In this document: piece by piece, positions 1 to 10,827 of the stretch
Position numbering within the stretch: position 1 is the first letter of the stretch
Layout: the number at the start of each line of letters is the position of its first letter
From: Chthoniobacterales bacterium
GTDB taxonomy: Bacteria > Verrucomicrobiota > Verrucomicrobiia > Chthoniobacterales > UBA10450
DNA length: 64,000 nucleotides
Assembly (NCBI GenBank): GCA_013694595.1
Contig: JACDCC010000225.1
Span: 18,880 to 82,879 of the forward strand
Direction: 5' to 3'
Position numbers and translations under genes: made by a program
Notes under the pieces: model-generated
Seen by the model: the letters and a program-made list of their open reading frames with translations, nothing else
What the model was told of the DNA's origin: nothing
Databases searched by the model: none

Positions 1-363
1 CGCTGCAGACCGATCGGAAGGTGTCGATCAACGCAGAAGTTTCAGGCTGCTTCTCGGTTGCGCGCACCTCGGTAGCGCCGAGGCGATCGGCGAACTGAAG
101 CCAAAGCTCCGGATGATTAGGGTTGCCACCTTCTTCGTCGATCAGGTTCGAGAGCACCTGTTTGCGCGTCGGCTGGTCTTCACAACGCGCGTGCACGGCC
201 GAGAGATACGTCGGGAACGCGGCGACGTGGTGATAGTACTGCCGTGCGTAATCCGTCAGTGCTTCGCGGCTCAATTCACCCCGTGTCCACGCGAGATAGA
301 ACGGATGTGTGAGAAGGTGCTTGGCGGCGACTTGTTGATCGATGGCGTCGAGGTGTGTGTTCA
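1..363 (-). CDS. CADD/CT610-like PqqC/TenA-fold (haem-oxygenase-like di-iron) protein. N-terminal part only; the gene runs off the window edge.
   Basis: Not in the ORF track because it is open at the window edge. The reverse complement from ATG 363 reads MNTHLDAIDQQVAAKHLLTHPFYLAWTRGELSREALTDYARQYYHHVAAFPTYLSAVHARCEDQPTRKQVLSNLIDEEGGNPNHPELWLQFADRLGA. This fits my recollection of the CADD/PqqC-like signature (FY..W..GEL....L..YA..YY.H..AFP.YLSA.H.RC.D...R..L..NL.DEE.G.PNH..LW..F). Confidence 0.75.
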
Positions 364-379
364 TGGCAGATAGACGAGA

Positions 380-443
380 TTGTAGGGCGTTTCTGTGAAA
401 CGCCCATCAAAATGTGGTGGCGTCTGACAGAGACGCCCTACAA
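380..443. repeat. Palindromic intergenic element, family 1 (copy 1 of 2)
   Basis: Outer inverted termini TTGTAGGGCG / CGCCCTACAA enclose two internal hairpins (GGCGTTTC-TGT-GAAACGCC and GGCGTCT-GACAG-AGACGCC). It lies between the treS stop and the start of the CADD-like gene. A second copy with the same architecture is at 63828..63899. Confidence 0.85.
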
Positions 444-464
444 CTCGCCCGCAACGCAATGGCG

Positions 465-3746
<3,282 letters not shown>

Positions 3747-3918
3747 GGGCTAACACTTGGCGCACATTCAGCGCGCGCGCAATCGCACAGGGACGCTGCT
3801 TCAGCTGCGCGAGAAACGACGGTTCACGCTGAACTTAAACGGGAACGTTGTGCGAGATCGCGCGTGCAGTGCGAAAGCTCGCGCGAAGCGCGACCGCAAG
3901 AACGCGCTGGCCCTGAAG

Positions 3919-4749
3919 CTACGAGCTTGGAACCTCAGTGGCCTGGCTGGCCACGCACTGCCACTTCCCATTCCGCAGCATCCAGGTGTCGGTGAAACGG
4001 CGCGAGTTGCTGAAGCTTCTCCCGCTGGCGGTGGTTCCGCGTTCGGTCGCGACACCGGTCACGACGGCAACGCGCGGCCCGAGCATTCTCACCGACATAC
4101 CCCGAGCCTCCGCGGACTTATACTCGTTCTTGTCCCGTCGGATGACGTTCAGGAGCGTCGACTTCGAGCCGACCTTGCCAGTGGAGGAGGTGGCGACGAA
4201 ATCGCGCGCCAGTAATTCGTCGATCGTTTTCAGATCCTTCTCGACGATCGCTTTTTGCCACTTTTTCTCGAGCGCTTTGATAGCGGAGCCGGGATCCTCA
4301 TCCCAATAATCGAGCGCAGCTGCCGACCGCGGCGGTGGCGGAGGGCTGATTCTCTCTTCGTCATCGCTTTCGTCACGTGGGCGCGGCGGCGCCGTCCGTC
4401 GCGATGACGACGACCTCGGCTCGATTGCCCGCACCGGTGCCTCCTGGATCACACGTCGCGCGGGAGTAGCTGCGGGCGTACTCGTCGCAGTGGCAGCCGC
4501 TTTCTCCTGCCGCTCGGCAGCGGGAGGCGCCGTTTTTGCCGGCTCCTCCGGCTTGGTGGTAGCGGCAGGCTCCGCCCGACGGGGTGCCTCCTCCTCGGGA
4601 GTTGCAGTGGGGGTCGGCGTAGCTTCCGCCGGCGTAGGTGTGCTGCGACGGAACGGCGCCGCGGCATCCTGCGCACTTAGAGGCGACATCAGCCCGGCGC
4701 CGCAAACCGCGGCGAGCAGGAGAGAGGCGACGCGTTTCCTTTCGGTCAT
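3919..4749 (-). CDS. Secreted protein: Pro/Ala/Thr-rich linker plus C-terminal NTF2-like (DUF4440/SnoaL-like) domain
   Basis: Signal peptide MTERKRVASLLLAAVCGAGLMSPLSAQ from ATG 4749 (the ORF opens at 4776). Low-complexity P/A/T/E region. C-terminal pattern DELLARDFVATSSTGKV...FTDTWMLRNGKWQCVASQATEV. Confidence 0.6.
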   Translation of the reverse strand: MTERKRVASLLLAAVCGAGLMSPLSAQDAAAPFRRSTPTPAEATPTPTATPEEEAPRRAEPAATTKPEEPAKTAPPAAERQEKAAATATSTPAATPARRVIQEAPVRAIEPRSSSSRRTAPPRPRDESDDEERISPPPPPRSAAALDYWDEDPGSAIKALEKKWQKAIVEKDLKTIDELLARDFVATSSTGKVGSKSTLLNVIRRDKNEYKSAEARGMSVRMLGPRVAVVTGVATERGTTASGRSFSNSRRFTDTWMLRNGKWQCVASQATEVPSS

Positions 4750-5014
4750 GGCGTAAAAAACCGCATTTCGCCGCATCGTAGTGCGACAGACTGCCGGGTC
4801 AATACGATTCAGCGGCGCCAGCCGGCGTTTGAGCCGCGAACGGGCGGGGCGCGGTTCCGGCAGTGCAAATCACATTGGACGAACGGCGTCGCGCACACTA
4901 CAAGAGCATACTTCGTATGGTCCGACGTCCGATTTGGTTGCGCACTCTCGTCTCGTTAGGCGGTTCTGCGGCGCTCGTTCAAACAGGCGTGCACGCCGCC
5001 TAGCCAACAGAGAT

Positions 5015-5683
5015 ATGGCGATCGAACCGTCCGATAAAGAAGGCGTGGCGCCCGAGAGAAACGGGGCGCCGTCAGCTCCGCGCATGCCCGCCGCAGCACC
5101 GGAGCTGGAGCCCGGCGCACCGACCGACCTCGAGCTGATGCAGTCGATCCAGGCAGAAGATCCTGAGGCGCTGTCACAGCTCTACGATCGTTACAACGGC
5201 ATCATCAAGGCGTTGATCCTCCGCGTCATCCACAACGAAGCGGAGGCCGACGATTTGCTGCAGGAGATCTTCATGGAGATCTGGAACCAGGCGAAAAATT
5301 TCTCCGCGCTAAAGGGCAAACCGCTCGGCTGGATGGTGACGCTTGCGCGGCGCCGAGCCATCGACGGCCTACGGAAAAAACAGGCTTATGCGCGCGCTGA
5401 AGAACGCCTCCAGACGGAGACGGAACAGCAGCCCGACGCCTGGGTGCACAACGCAACCGAAGAGGAAATTACGTTCAGCGACACGCGCATCCTCGTTCGC
5501 CGGGTGATCAATACGCTGCCGCCGGCGCAGCAGCAGGCCATCAACCTCGCGTTTTTTCGTGGAATGAGTCAGCGCGAAATCGCCGCAAAAACGAATACAC
5601 CGTTAGGCACCGTCAAGACTCGGCTCGAATTGGGCCTGAAGAAAATCTACGACGGCCTAAAGGAACTGAAAGATGAGCTTTGA
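5015..5683 (+). CDS. ECF-type RNA polymerase sigma factor (sigma-70 family, group 4)
   Basis: Region 2 (DDLLQEIFMEIWNQAKNF...WMVTLARRRAIDGLRKK) and region 4 HTH (LPPAQQQAINLAFFRGMSQREIAAKTNTPLGTVKTRLELGLKKI). The track ORF opens at 4781. I place the start at ATG 5015 (MAIEPSDKEG); this start is uncertain. Confidence 0.85.
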   Translation: MAIEPSDKEGVAPERNGAPSAPRMPAAAPELEPGAPTDLELMQSIQAEDPEALSQLYDRYNGIIKALILRVIHNEAEADDLLQEIFMEIWNQAKNFSALKGKPLGWMVTLARRRAIDGLRKKQAYARAEERLQTETEQQPDAWVHNATEEEITFSDTRILVRRVINTLPPAQQQAINLAFFRGMSQREIAAKTNTPLGTVKTRLELGLKKIYDGLKELKDEL

Positions 5684-5909
5684 AGAATTCCAGAATCGAG
5701 CCCGACTCTACGTGATCGGCGCGCTGGAACCGGAAGAGACCGAAGAGTTCGAGATCGCGCGCAAAGAATACGCGCAGCAAGCGGAAGTTTTCATCTCGCA
5801 GTGCTACGACCTGCATGAGGCGTTTGCGTTGAGCCTGCGCCCGGAAAAGACGTCAGACGTGCTCAAACAACGGCTGATGTTGATGGTGCGCGACCGCCAG
5901 CAGAAGTAG
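5673..5909 (+). CDS. Putative short cytoplasmic anti-sigma factor
   Basis: 78 aa. Overlaps the sigma factor stop by 11 nt. The N-terminal ARLYVIGALEPEETEEFE resembles anti-sigma N-domains. No transmembrane segment and no Zn-binding Cys/His motif is visible. Confidence 0.5.
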   Translation: MSFEEFQNRARLYVIGALEPEETEEFEIARKEYAQQAEVFISQCYDLHEAFALSLRPEKTSDVLKQRLMLMVRDRQQK

Positions 5910-5928
5910 TCGTCCGCTGCACAAGCGG

Positions 5929-6423
5929 CTAGGTGCCTTGCGTCTCCTGCAGGATGAATTCCTGCAGGAATCCGTAGAAATTCACCTGGAACAATCCGAG
6001 GTCACGTCGCGACCCGAGCGGTGACCGGTAGTGATCGCAGAGCTCGCCGTCGGTGAACCCATATTTCGCTGCGATCGTGAGGCGCGCCTGGTTGAGCGCG
6101 CTCAACCATGCGTCCGCGTGAGCCACCGGGATGCGCAGGCTGCAATTTGCGAACGGCTTCGCTTTTCCGTTCAGTTGCGTGAGGTCCGCCGTGACAGTTT
6201 CCGTGGCGGTCTCGAAGATTCGCCTCAGCTCCGGCTCGACGTATAGTTTCCACTCAGCGCACAGCTCCGTTTCTTTTGCGTCCGCCGGTAAAGTGAAAAG
6301 ACGCGCCTCGGCGGCGTCGATGCCGTCAGTGCGCGTGCTCTCTGGGATCTGCCGGAGCAACTCGGCCAGGAACGGATCGAGTTCTGAGATAACGAGGGAT
6401 TGACCCTGCCGGCGAATCTCCAT
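5929..6423 (-). CDS. DUF2017-like protein, translationally coupled to clpS
   Basis: Start ATG 6423 overlaps the clpS stop by 1 nt (TGATG). The sequence VISELDPFLAELL...ARLFTLPA...EWKLYVEPEL...ADAWLSALNQARLTIAAKYG...FYGFLQEFIL fits my recollection of the DUF2017 family pattern (RLFP / WL.ALN..RL / Y.WL..LQE). Confidence 0.55.
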   Translation of the reverse strand: MEIRRQGQSLVISELDPFLAELLRQIPESTRTDGIDAAEARLFTLPADAKETELCAEWKLYVEPELRRIFETATETVTADLTQLNGKAKPFANCSLRIPVAHADAWLSALNQARLTIAAKYGFTDGELCDHYRSPLGSRRDLGLFQVNFYGFLQEFILQETQGT

Positions 6424-6797
6424 CAGTGCGATCGCTCCAGCGTTGCGAGCAGCAGATAGCCATGCAGCTGCTGGACGTACAATTCTCCGCGCTCCCGCAC
6501 CCCGCTCCAAACAACCGACCGACCCTTCTGATGAACTTCGAGCATGTGCTTTTCGGCTTTGTCCCGGCTGAACCCGAGCACCTTTTGGAACACCATTGTC
6601 ACGTAACTCATCAGGTTGATCGGATCATTGTGCACCACTACGTGCCAGGGCAGATCCAGTTCTTCGTCGGTTGTGGTTTCCTGCTCGAGTGCTGGGTTTT
6701 CAACAGCGGACGTAAAGCCATGAGACGCTCGGCCACTGCGCGGGTGGCGGATCACCGCCCGGACCCCTCCTTCTCCCCTGCCCCGCGGCGCGCAGCA
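6423..6797 (-). CDS. clpS: ATP-dependent Clp protease adaptor ClpS
   Basis: Core LPWHVVVHNDPINLMSYVTMVFQKVLGFSRDKAEKHMLEVHQKGRSVVWSGVRERGELYVQQL. Start is uncertain: ATG 6797 or GTG 6752. The track ORF extends to 6938 and would overlap ybeY. Confidence 0.85.
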   Translation of the reverse strand, partial: CCAPRGRGEGGVRAVIRHPRSGRASHGFTSAVENPALEQETTTDEELDLPWHVVVHNDPINLMSYVTMVFQKVLGFSRDKAEKHMLEVHQKGRSVVWSGVRERGELYVQQLHGYLLLATLERSH

Positions 6798-6849
6798 CAT
6801 AAGCCGCACGCTATCATACGGTTCTTGTGATTCAAACAGCACCCCTGAA

Positions 6850-7311
6850 TCACGCCGGCGACTGTGGGCCCGTCGCCGCTGCAAGGATGGCCTGTTGTGT
6901 CTTTGCCATCGTGCGCGCGGCGGCCGGTGTCGTGTCATCGAAGCCCATCAAATGCAAAATGCCGTGGATGATGTAGAGCCGAATTTCGTTCTCCGGCGAC
7001 CTCCGGTATTCGCCTGCGTTTCGCCGGGCCGTTTCCGCGCTGACGATGATCTCGCCATGCTGAAAGGTGATAACGTCAGTGGGGCCGGCGATGCTCAGAA
7101 AGCGTTGATGGATCGCTGCCATGCGCGCGTCGGAGACGATCGTCGCGCTGATCTCTGCAAGATCCGCAAAGGCGCTACGGGAGCGCTGGGGCAGTTTCAT
7201 CGCTTGCTGCAACGCTCGTTCGGCAAAGCGCCGCAAAGCGCGCACGTCAACCGGAACCTTGCGTTGCGAGTTCCTCACGATGATCCGTGGACGCACAGGA
7301 GCGGTCGTCAT
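6850..7311 (-). CDS. ybeY: rRNA maturation endoribonuclease YbeY
   Basis: 153 aa with the zinc motif HGILHLMGFDD. ATGA overlap with the panE stop. Confidence 0.9.
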   Translation of the reverse strand: MTTAPVRPRIIVRNSQRKVPVDVRALRRFAERALQQAMKLPQRSRSAFADLAEISATIVSDARMAAIHQRFLSIAGPTDVITFQHGEIIVSAETARRNAGEYRRSPENEIRLYIIHGILHLMGFDDTTPAAARTMAKTQQAILAAATGPQSPA

Positions 7312-8288
7312 CGCGCGGCGCTCGATGTGGCGCTGGTCGACTCCTGATCTGCGCGGGCCGCTTCAACCTGCCTGAGGGAATTGTACAGGCGGTCCAACTG
7401 CGGCATCTTCGCACCAGCCGCGGTGGCGCGGCGAAGTGGTTCTCCCCAGATCGCTTCGATCTCGAGCGGACGATCCGCCTGGAAGTCGATCAGCGTCGAT
7501 GGTTTGTAGCCGCCGAGCTTTTCGGTCCGCTTCATCTGTTCCAGGGCGACGGCGGTCGGCAGCGGATAACCACACTCGTTCGCCGCCGCGATCACTTCGT
7601 CCATTAATGCGAGTGCGGTGGCGCGAAGCGCTTCATCCCCGAGGATGGCCGCAGTATCGAGACCGCCGCCAGTGACGGAAAGGCCATTGAAAGGAATATT
7701 CCAGACCAGTTTTCTCCAGCGTTCCAGCGCGAGATTTTCCGCAACGGAGCAGACGACGCCGCTGCGCTTGAATTCCCACGCGACGTCGTGGGTGCGCGGG
7801 AGCGGATAATTATCGAACTCCCCGAGGATGACGCGCCCAACGTCGTAGTGCTCGATCACGCCTGGCGCGACCCGATTGAGACAGACAAAGCAGAGACCGC
7901 CGAGCACACGATCAGCGCCAAAGTTCTCCGCTAAAAATTCTTCGTTGCCGAGGCCATTTTGCAGCGTGAGCAACATTGTGCGCTCGTGCAGGAGCGGTGG
8001 AATCAGGTGCAGCAGATCATGGTTCGCGGTCGCCTTTACCGCGATCAGCACCAGGTCACACGCGCCGATGGCGGCGGTCGTGTTGTAGCAGTTCAGCTTC
8101 GCGAGCCGAATGTCCTCGGATTTGCCGCGGATCCGCAAGCCAACGCGGCGGCGCTCCCGCAGATCACCGCGCATGAGAAAGTGCACGTCCCGCCCGGCGT
8201 TTGCCAGTTTCGCGCCGTAGTAGCCGCCGATCGCACCAGCACCGACGATCGCGACACGGAAATTCGGCAAGACATAGCGCGCTCTCAT
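7308..8288 (-). CDS. panE: 2-dehydropantoate 2-reductase (ketopantoate reductase, ApbA/PanE family)
   Basis: N-terminal Rossmann motif VAIVGAGAIGGYYGAKLANAG. 326 aa with family-typical length and layout. Confidence 0.8.
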   Translation of the reverse strand: MRARYVLPNFRVAIVGAGAIGGYYGAKLANAGRDVHFLMRGDLRERRRVGLRIRGKSEDIRLAKLNCYNTTAAIGACDLVLIAVKATANHDLLHLIPPLLHERTMLLTLQNGLGNEEFLAENFGADRVLGGLCFVCLNRVAPGVIEHYDVGRVILGEFDNYPLPRTHDVAWEFKRSGVVCSVAENLALERWRKLVWNIPFNGLSVTGGGLDTAAILGDEALRATALALMDEVIAAANECGYPLPTAVALEQMKRTEKLGGYKPSTLIDFQADRPLEIEAIWGEPLRRATAAGAKMPQLDRLYNSLRQVEAARADQESTSATSSAAR

Positions 8289-8320
8289 TGATGCACTGCG
8301 ATTCGGTTCGTTCCCGGCAG

Positions 8321-9598
8321 CTAGCTGGCGGGCCGCGCTTCCGCCTGAAAGTTCCGCGTGATCAGCCGCGCGCCTTTATTGAAGGTGAAATACGCCCAGG
8401 CCCACTGCAGCAGCACGGCCACGCGATTGCGGAAGCCGACGAGGAAAATGATGTGCACGAACAACCACGCCAGCCACGCCAGCCGTCCGCTGAAGTGCAC
8501 GATGTTGAGATCGGCGACCGCTTTGTTCCGACCGATTGTCGCCATGCTGCCCTTGTCCCAGTACCAGAAGCGCTGCGGCTTTCGCCCTTCGAGCATCCAC
8601 AAGATATTCCGCGCCGCATGCCGCCCCTGCTGCATCGCCACCGGCGAGACACCAGGCAACGGCTCCCCTTTTTGGTGTGCGAAGTGCGCGAGATCGCCAA
8701 TGACCTGCACCTCGGGATAATCGGGAATAGTGAGGTCGGGATTCACCATCACTCGGCCCGCCCGATCAACCGGTGCGCCTAGCATTTTCCCTAACCCCGA
8801 AGCTGCATTTCCGGCCGCCCAGATTTTCACGCGACACGGAATGAACTCGCCGTTCACCTCGAGCCCTTCGGTGGTGAGGTTCGACGCGCGCACACCGGTG
8901 CGGACTTCCACGCCCAGATCTTCCAGCTGCTTCTTCGCGCTCGCTGACAACTTCTCCGGGAACGCTGAGAGCACGCGTTCGTTGCTCTCGATCAAAATGA
9001 CGCGCGCGTGCGACGGATCGATGTGATGGAAATCCTTCGCCAGCGTATAGCGTGCGATCTCGGCGATCGCTCCCGCCATTTCGACCCCCGTCGGGCCGCC
9101 GCCGATGATGGCGAACGTCATGGCAGCATTTCGCGCCGCTTCGTCCGTGATCCGCTCCGCGTACTCGAAAGCGAGGAGAAGGCGGCGCCGAATCTCGACC
9201 GCATCTTCGAGGCTCTTCAATCCAGGCGCGAGCGTCTCCCATTGATCGTTCCCGAAGTAGGAATGGCGAGCACCCGTGGCAACAATCAGGTAATCGTACG
9301 CGATTTGCTGATCGCCGGTGGAGACCGTCTTCGCCGCGACGTTGATCCCCTGCACTTCCGCGAGCATGACCTCCATGTTCGTATACTTCGTGAGCACGCC
9401 GCGGATCGGGGCGGCGATGTCCGCCGGCGAAAGAGCGGCCGTCGCCACCTCGTAGAGGAGCGGCTGAAAGAGGTGGTAATTGGTGCGGTCGATCAACGTG
9501 ACCTGCACCGGCTCGTTACCCAATTTCTTTGCGGCCTCGAGTCCGCCGAAACCGCCGCCGATGATTACCACGTGAGGTTTTCGCGCCGGGCTCGCCAT
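8321..9598 (-). CDS. ndh: Type II NADH dehydrogenase (NDH-2) / FAD-dependent pyridine nucleotide-disulfide oxidoreductase
   Basis: Two dinucleotide-binding motifs (VVIIGGGFGGLEAAKKL and FAIIGGGPTGVEMAGAI). C-terminal membrane-anchoring hydrophobic tail. Confidence 0.85.
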   Translation of the reverse strand: MASPARKPHVVIIGGGFGGLEAAKKLGNEPVQVTLIDRTNYHLFQPLLYEVATAALSPADIAAPIRGVLTKYTNMEVMLAEVQGINVAAKTVSTGDQQIAYDYLIVATGARHSYFGNDQWETLAPGLKSLEDAVEIRRRLLLAFEYAERITDEAARNAAMTFAIIGGGPTGVEMAGAIAEIARYTLAKDFHHIDPSHARVILIESNERVLSAFPEKLSASAKKQLEDLGVEVRTGVRASNLTTEGLEVNGEFIPCRVKIWAAGNAASGLGKMLGAPVDRAGRVMVNPDLTIPDYPEVQVIGDLAHFAHQKGEPLPGVSPVAMQQGRHAARNILWMLEGRKPQRFWYWDKGSMATIGRNKAVADLNIVHFSGRLAWLAWLFVHIIFLVGFRNRVAVLLQWAWAYFTFNKGARLITRNFQAEARPAS

Positions 9599-9706
9599 GG
9601 CAGAACTTGGTGTTTACGAGTGCCGCATGCGAGGGGTTTATTGATCCGCTAGCGGGCGTGAAAAGCAGTTGTCTCCGCTCCGAAGTGCGCCTATCTTCCG
9701 CGCCTT

Positions 9707-9916
9707 ATGCCGAAGCCAATTGCGCGTAGTAAGACGCGGAAAGCCGTCGCAAAGCGATTCAAGATCACCGCCACGGGCAAGGTTTTGCGTTCGCAGGCCT
9801 CGCGCCGTCACTTGCTCTCGAACAAAAGCGCGAAGCGTAAGCGGCAGATGGCGAAGTCGATGGTTGTGGACAAAACCGACGTGGCGCGCATCAAGATGAA
9901 CATGCCGTTCGCGTAG
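9707..9916 (+). CDS. rpmI: 50S ribosomal protein L35
   Basis: MPKPIARSKTRKAVAKRFKITATGKVLRSQASRRHLLSNKSAKRKRQM is a canonical L35 sequence. 69 aa. Confidence 0.95.
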   Translation: MPKPIARSKTRKAVAKRFKITATGKVLRSQASRRHLLSNKSAKRKRQMAKSMVVDKTDVARIKMNMPFA

Positions 9917-9942
9917 GCGACCGCAGCCGTTCGATTTCTCAC

Positions 9943-10209
9943 TCACTCGCCTTCTGGAAGAGCTGACTCTTCCGGGAAGGTGATCACCCCGTGACTTTGT
10001 GTCGCGCCGACCGGCGCTGCCGGTGTCGGCGGTCCCGCTGGCTGCCGTGTTGGCGGCGGATGTCGATGCCAGCGCTCGTATCCTTCCGCCGGCGAACGAT
10101 ACAAGTCGCGCCGGTTCTCGAGTGTCGTGCAGGATACAAAGGCAACGACTGAGAACAGCAGCAGCGGCTTCAAGGCGCCGATGCAAACAAAACCCCAGGG
10201 AAGTGTCAA
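9943..10209 (-). CDS. Hypothetical small lipoprotein (weak call)
   Basis: 88-aa ORF with a hydrophobic N-terminus and a possible lipobox (LLLFSVVAFVSC), then a Pro-rich tail. No recognisable family. Confidence 0.3.
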   Translation of the reverse strand: MTLPWGFVCIGALKPLLLFSVVAFVSCTTLENRRDLYRSPAEGYERWHRHPPPTRQPAGPPTPAAPVGATQSHGVITFPEESALPEGE

Positions 10210-10404
10210 CGCACGTACCGCAGCAGGAACTAAAGCGCCGCGAAAAGCTGATTGCGCCGCCGCGATGTTTCGGGAACCTTTGCACTCCGTCAGGGGCTAT
10301 GGACTGCGGACTTACGAATCCCGCCAGGGCAGGAATGCAGCAACGGTAGTTTGATCCTCTTTGCCGTAGTTCTCTGGCGGACTTTTTTTTGCCTGACGAT
10401 CGCG

Positions 10405-10740
10405 ATGGCACGGCCGTGCGAGATGAAAATGCTGGAGGTGAAAACCGCGCGTTTCGCCGCGGTGGTGGAAAAATGCGGCGCGCCGCAGGTTTACACCCTC
10501 TGGCAGAAGCCGGCAGCGGATCGCCAATTCCAGTCGCTCCTGAAAAAGCACCGCGTCATGACGATCCAGCAGAACGACAGCGGCACGGAATTCGGCGTGG
10601 CTGATTTTTGTGAGCGGAAAGGCGCACGCTTTCTGGCGTTTCCGAAGTCGCTGAAACAGTTCGAAGATAGACGGATCGTCGGAATCAAGTGGGACCTTCG
10701 TCACGAGCTGAGCGACCGTCGATGTAAATTGGTAGGGTGA
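10405..10740 (+). CDS. Hypothetical protein
   Basis: Start at ATG 10405 inside track ORF 10252..10740 (MARPCEMKMLEVKTARFAAVVEKCGAPQVYTLW...). The last codons run into the family-2 repeat. No family recognised. Confidence 0.4.
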   Translation: MARPCEMKMLEVKTARFAAVVEKCGAPQVYTLWQKPAADRQFQSLLKKHRVMTIQQNDSGTEFGVADFCERKGARFLAFPKSLKQFEDRRIVGIKWDLRHELSDRRCKLVG

Positions 10741-10802
10741 GACTCTGTCGAGCCTGGGAGTCGCGATGTCATCAGTCAGGCTCGACGGAGTCTCGCCCCA
10801 CC
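10731..10802. repeat. Palindromic intergenic element, family 2 (copy 1 of 2)
   Basis: GGTAGGGTGAGACTCTGTCGAGCCTG ... CAGGCTCGACGGAGTCTCGCCCCACC. This is a ~26-bp imperfect inverted repeat around a ~20-nt centre containing GAGTCGCGATGT. The second copy is at 49428..49500. Confidence 0.85.
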
Positions 10803-10827
10803 GGCCAGACGCGGTTATGCTGTGAGC

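Noticed and set aside
113-373. 86-aa + strand ORF at the left edge of the window.
   Set aside because: It is antisense to the strongly motif-supported CADD-like gene (1..363, minus strand). Its translation has no recognisable features.
4781-5014. Extended N-terminus of the ECF sigma factor ORF, and a candidate ECF-type autoregulatory promoter in this region.
   Set aside because: The upstream 78 codons are Arg/Ser-rich and non-coding-like. I saw GGTTCC/GGTCCG and CGTC-like hexamers but could not establish a convincing -35/-10 pair with proper spacing.
10383-10390. T8 run as a rho-independent terminator or small-RNA 3' end downstream of rpmI.
   Set aside because: I could find no stable GC-rich hairpin in the 40 nt preceding the T-tract, only 3-bp stems.
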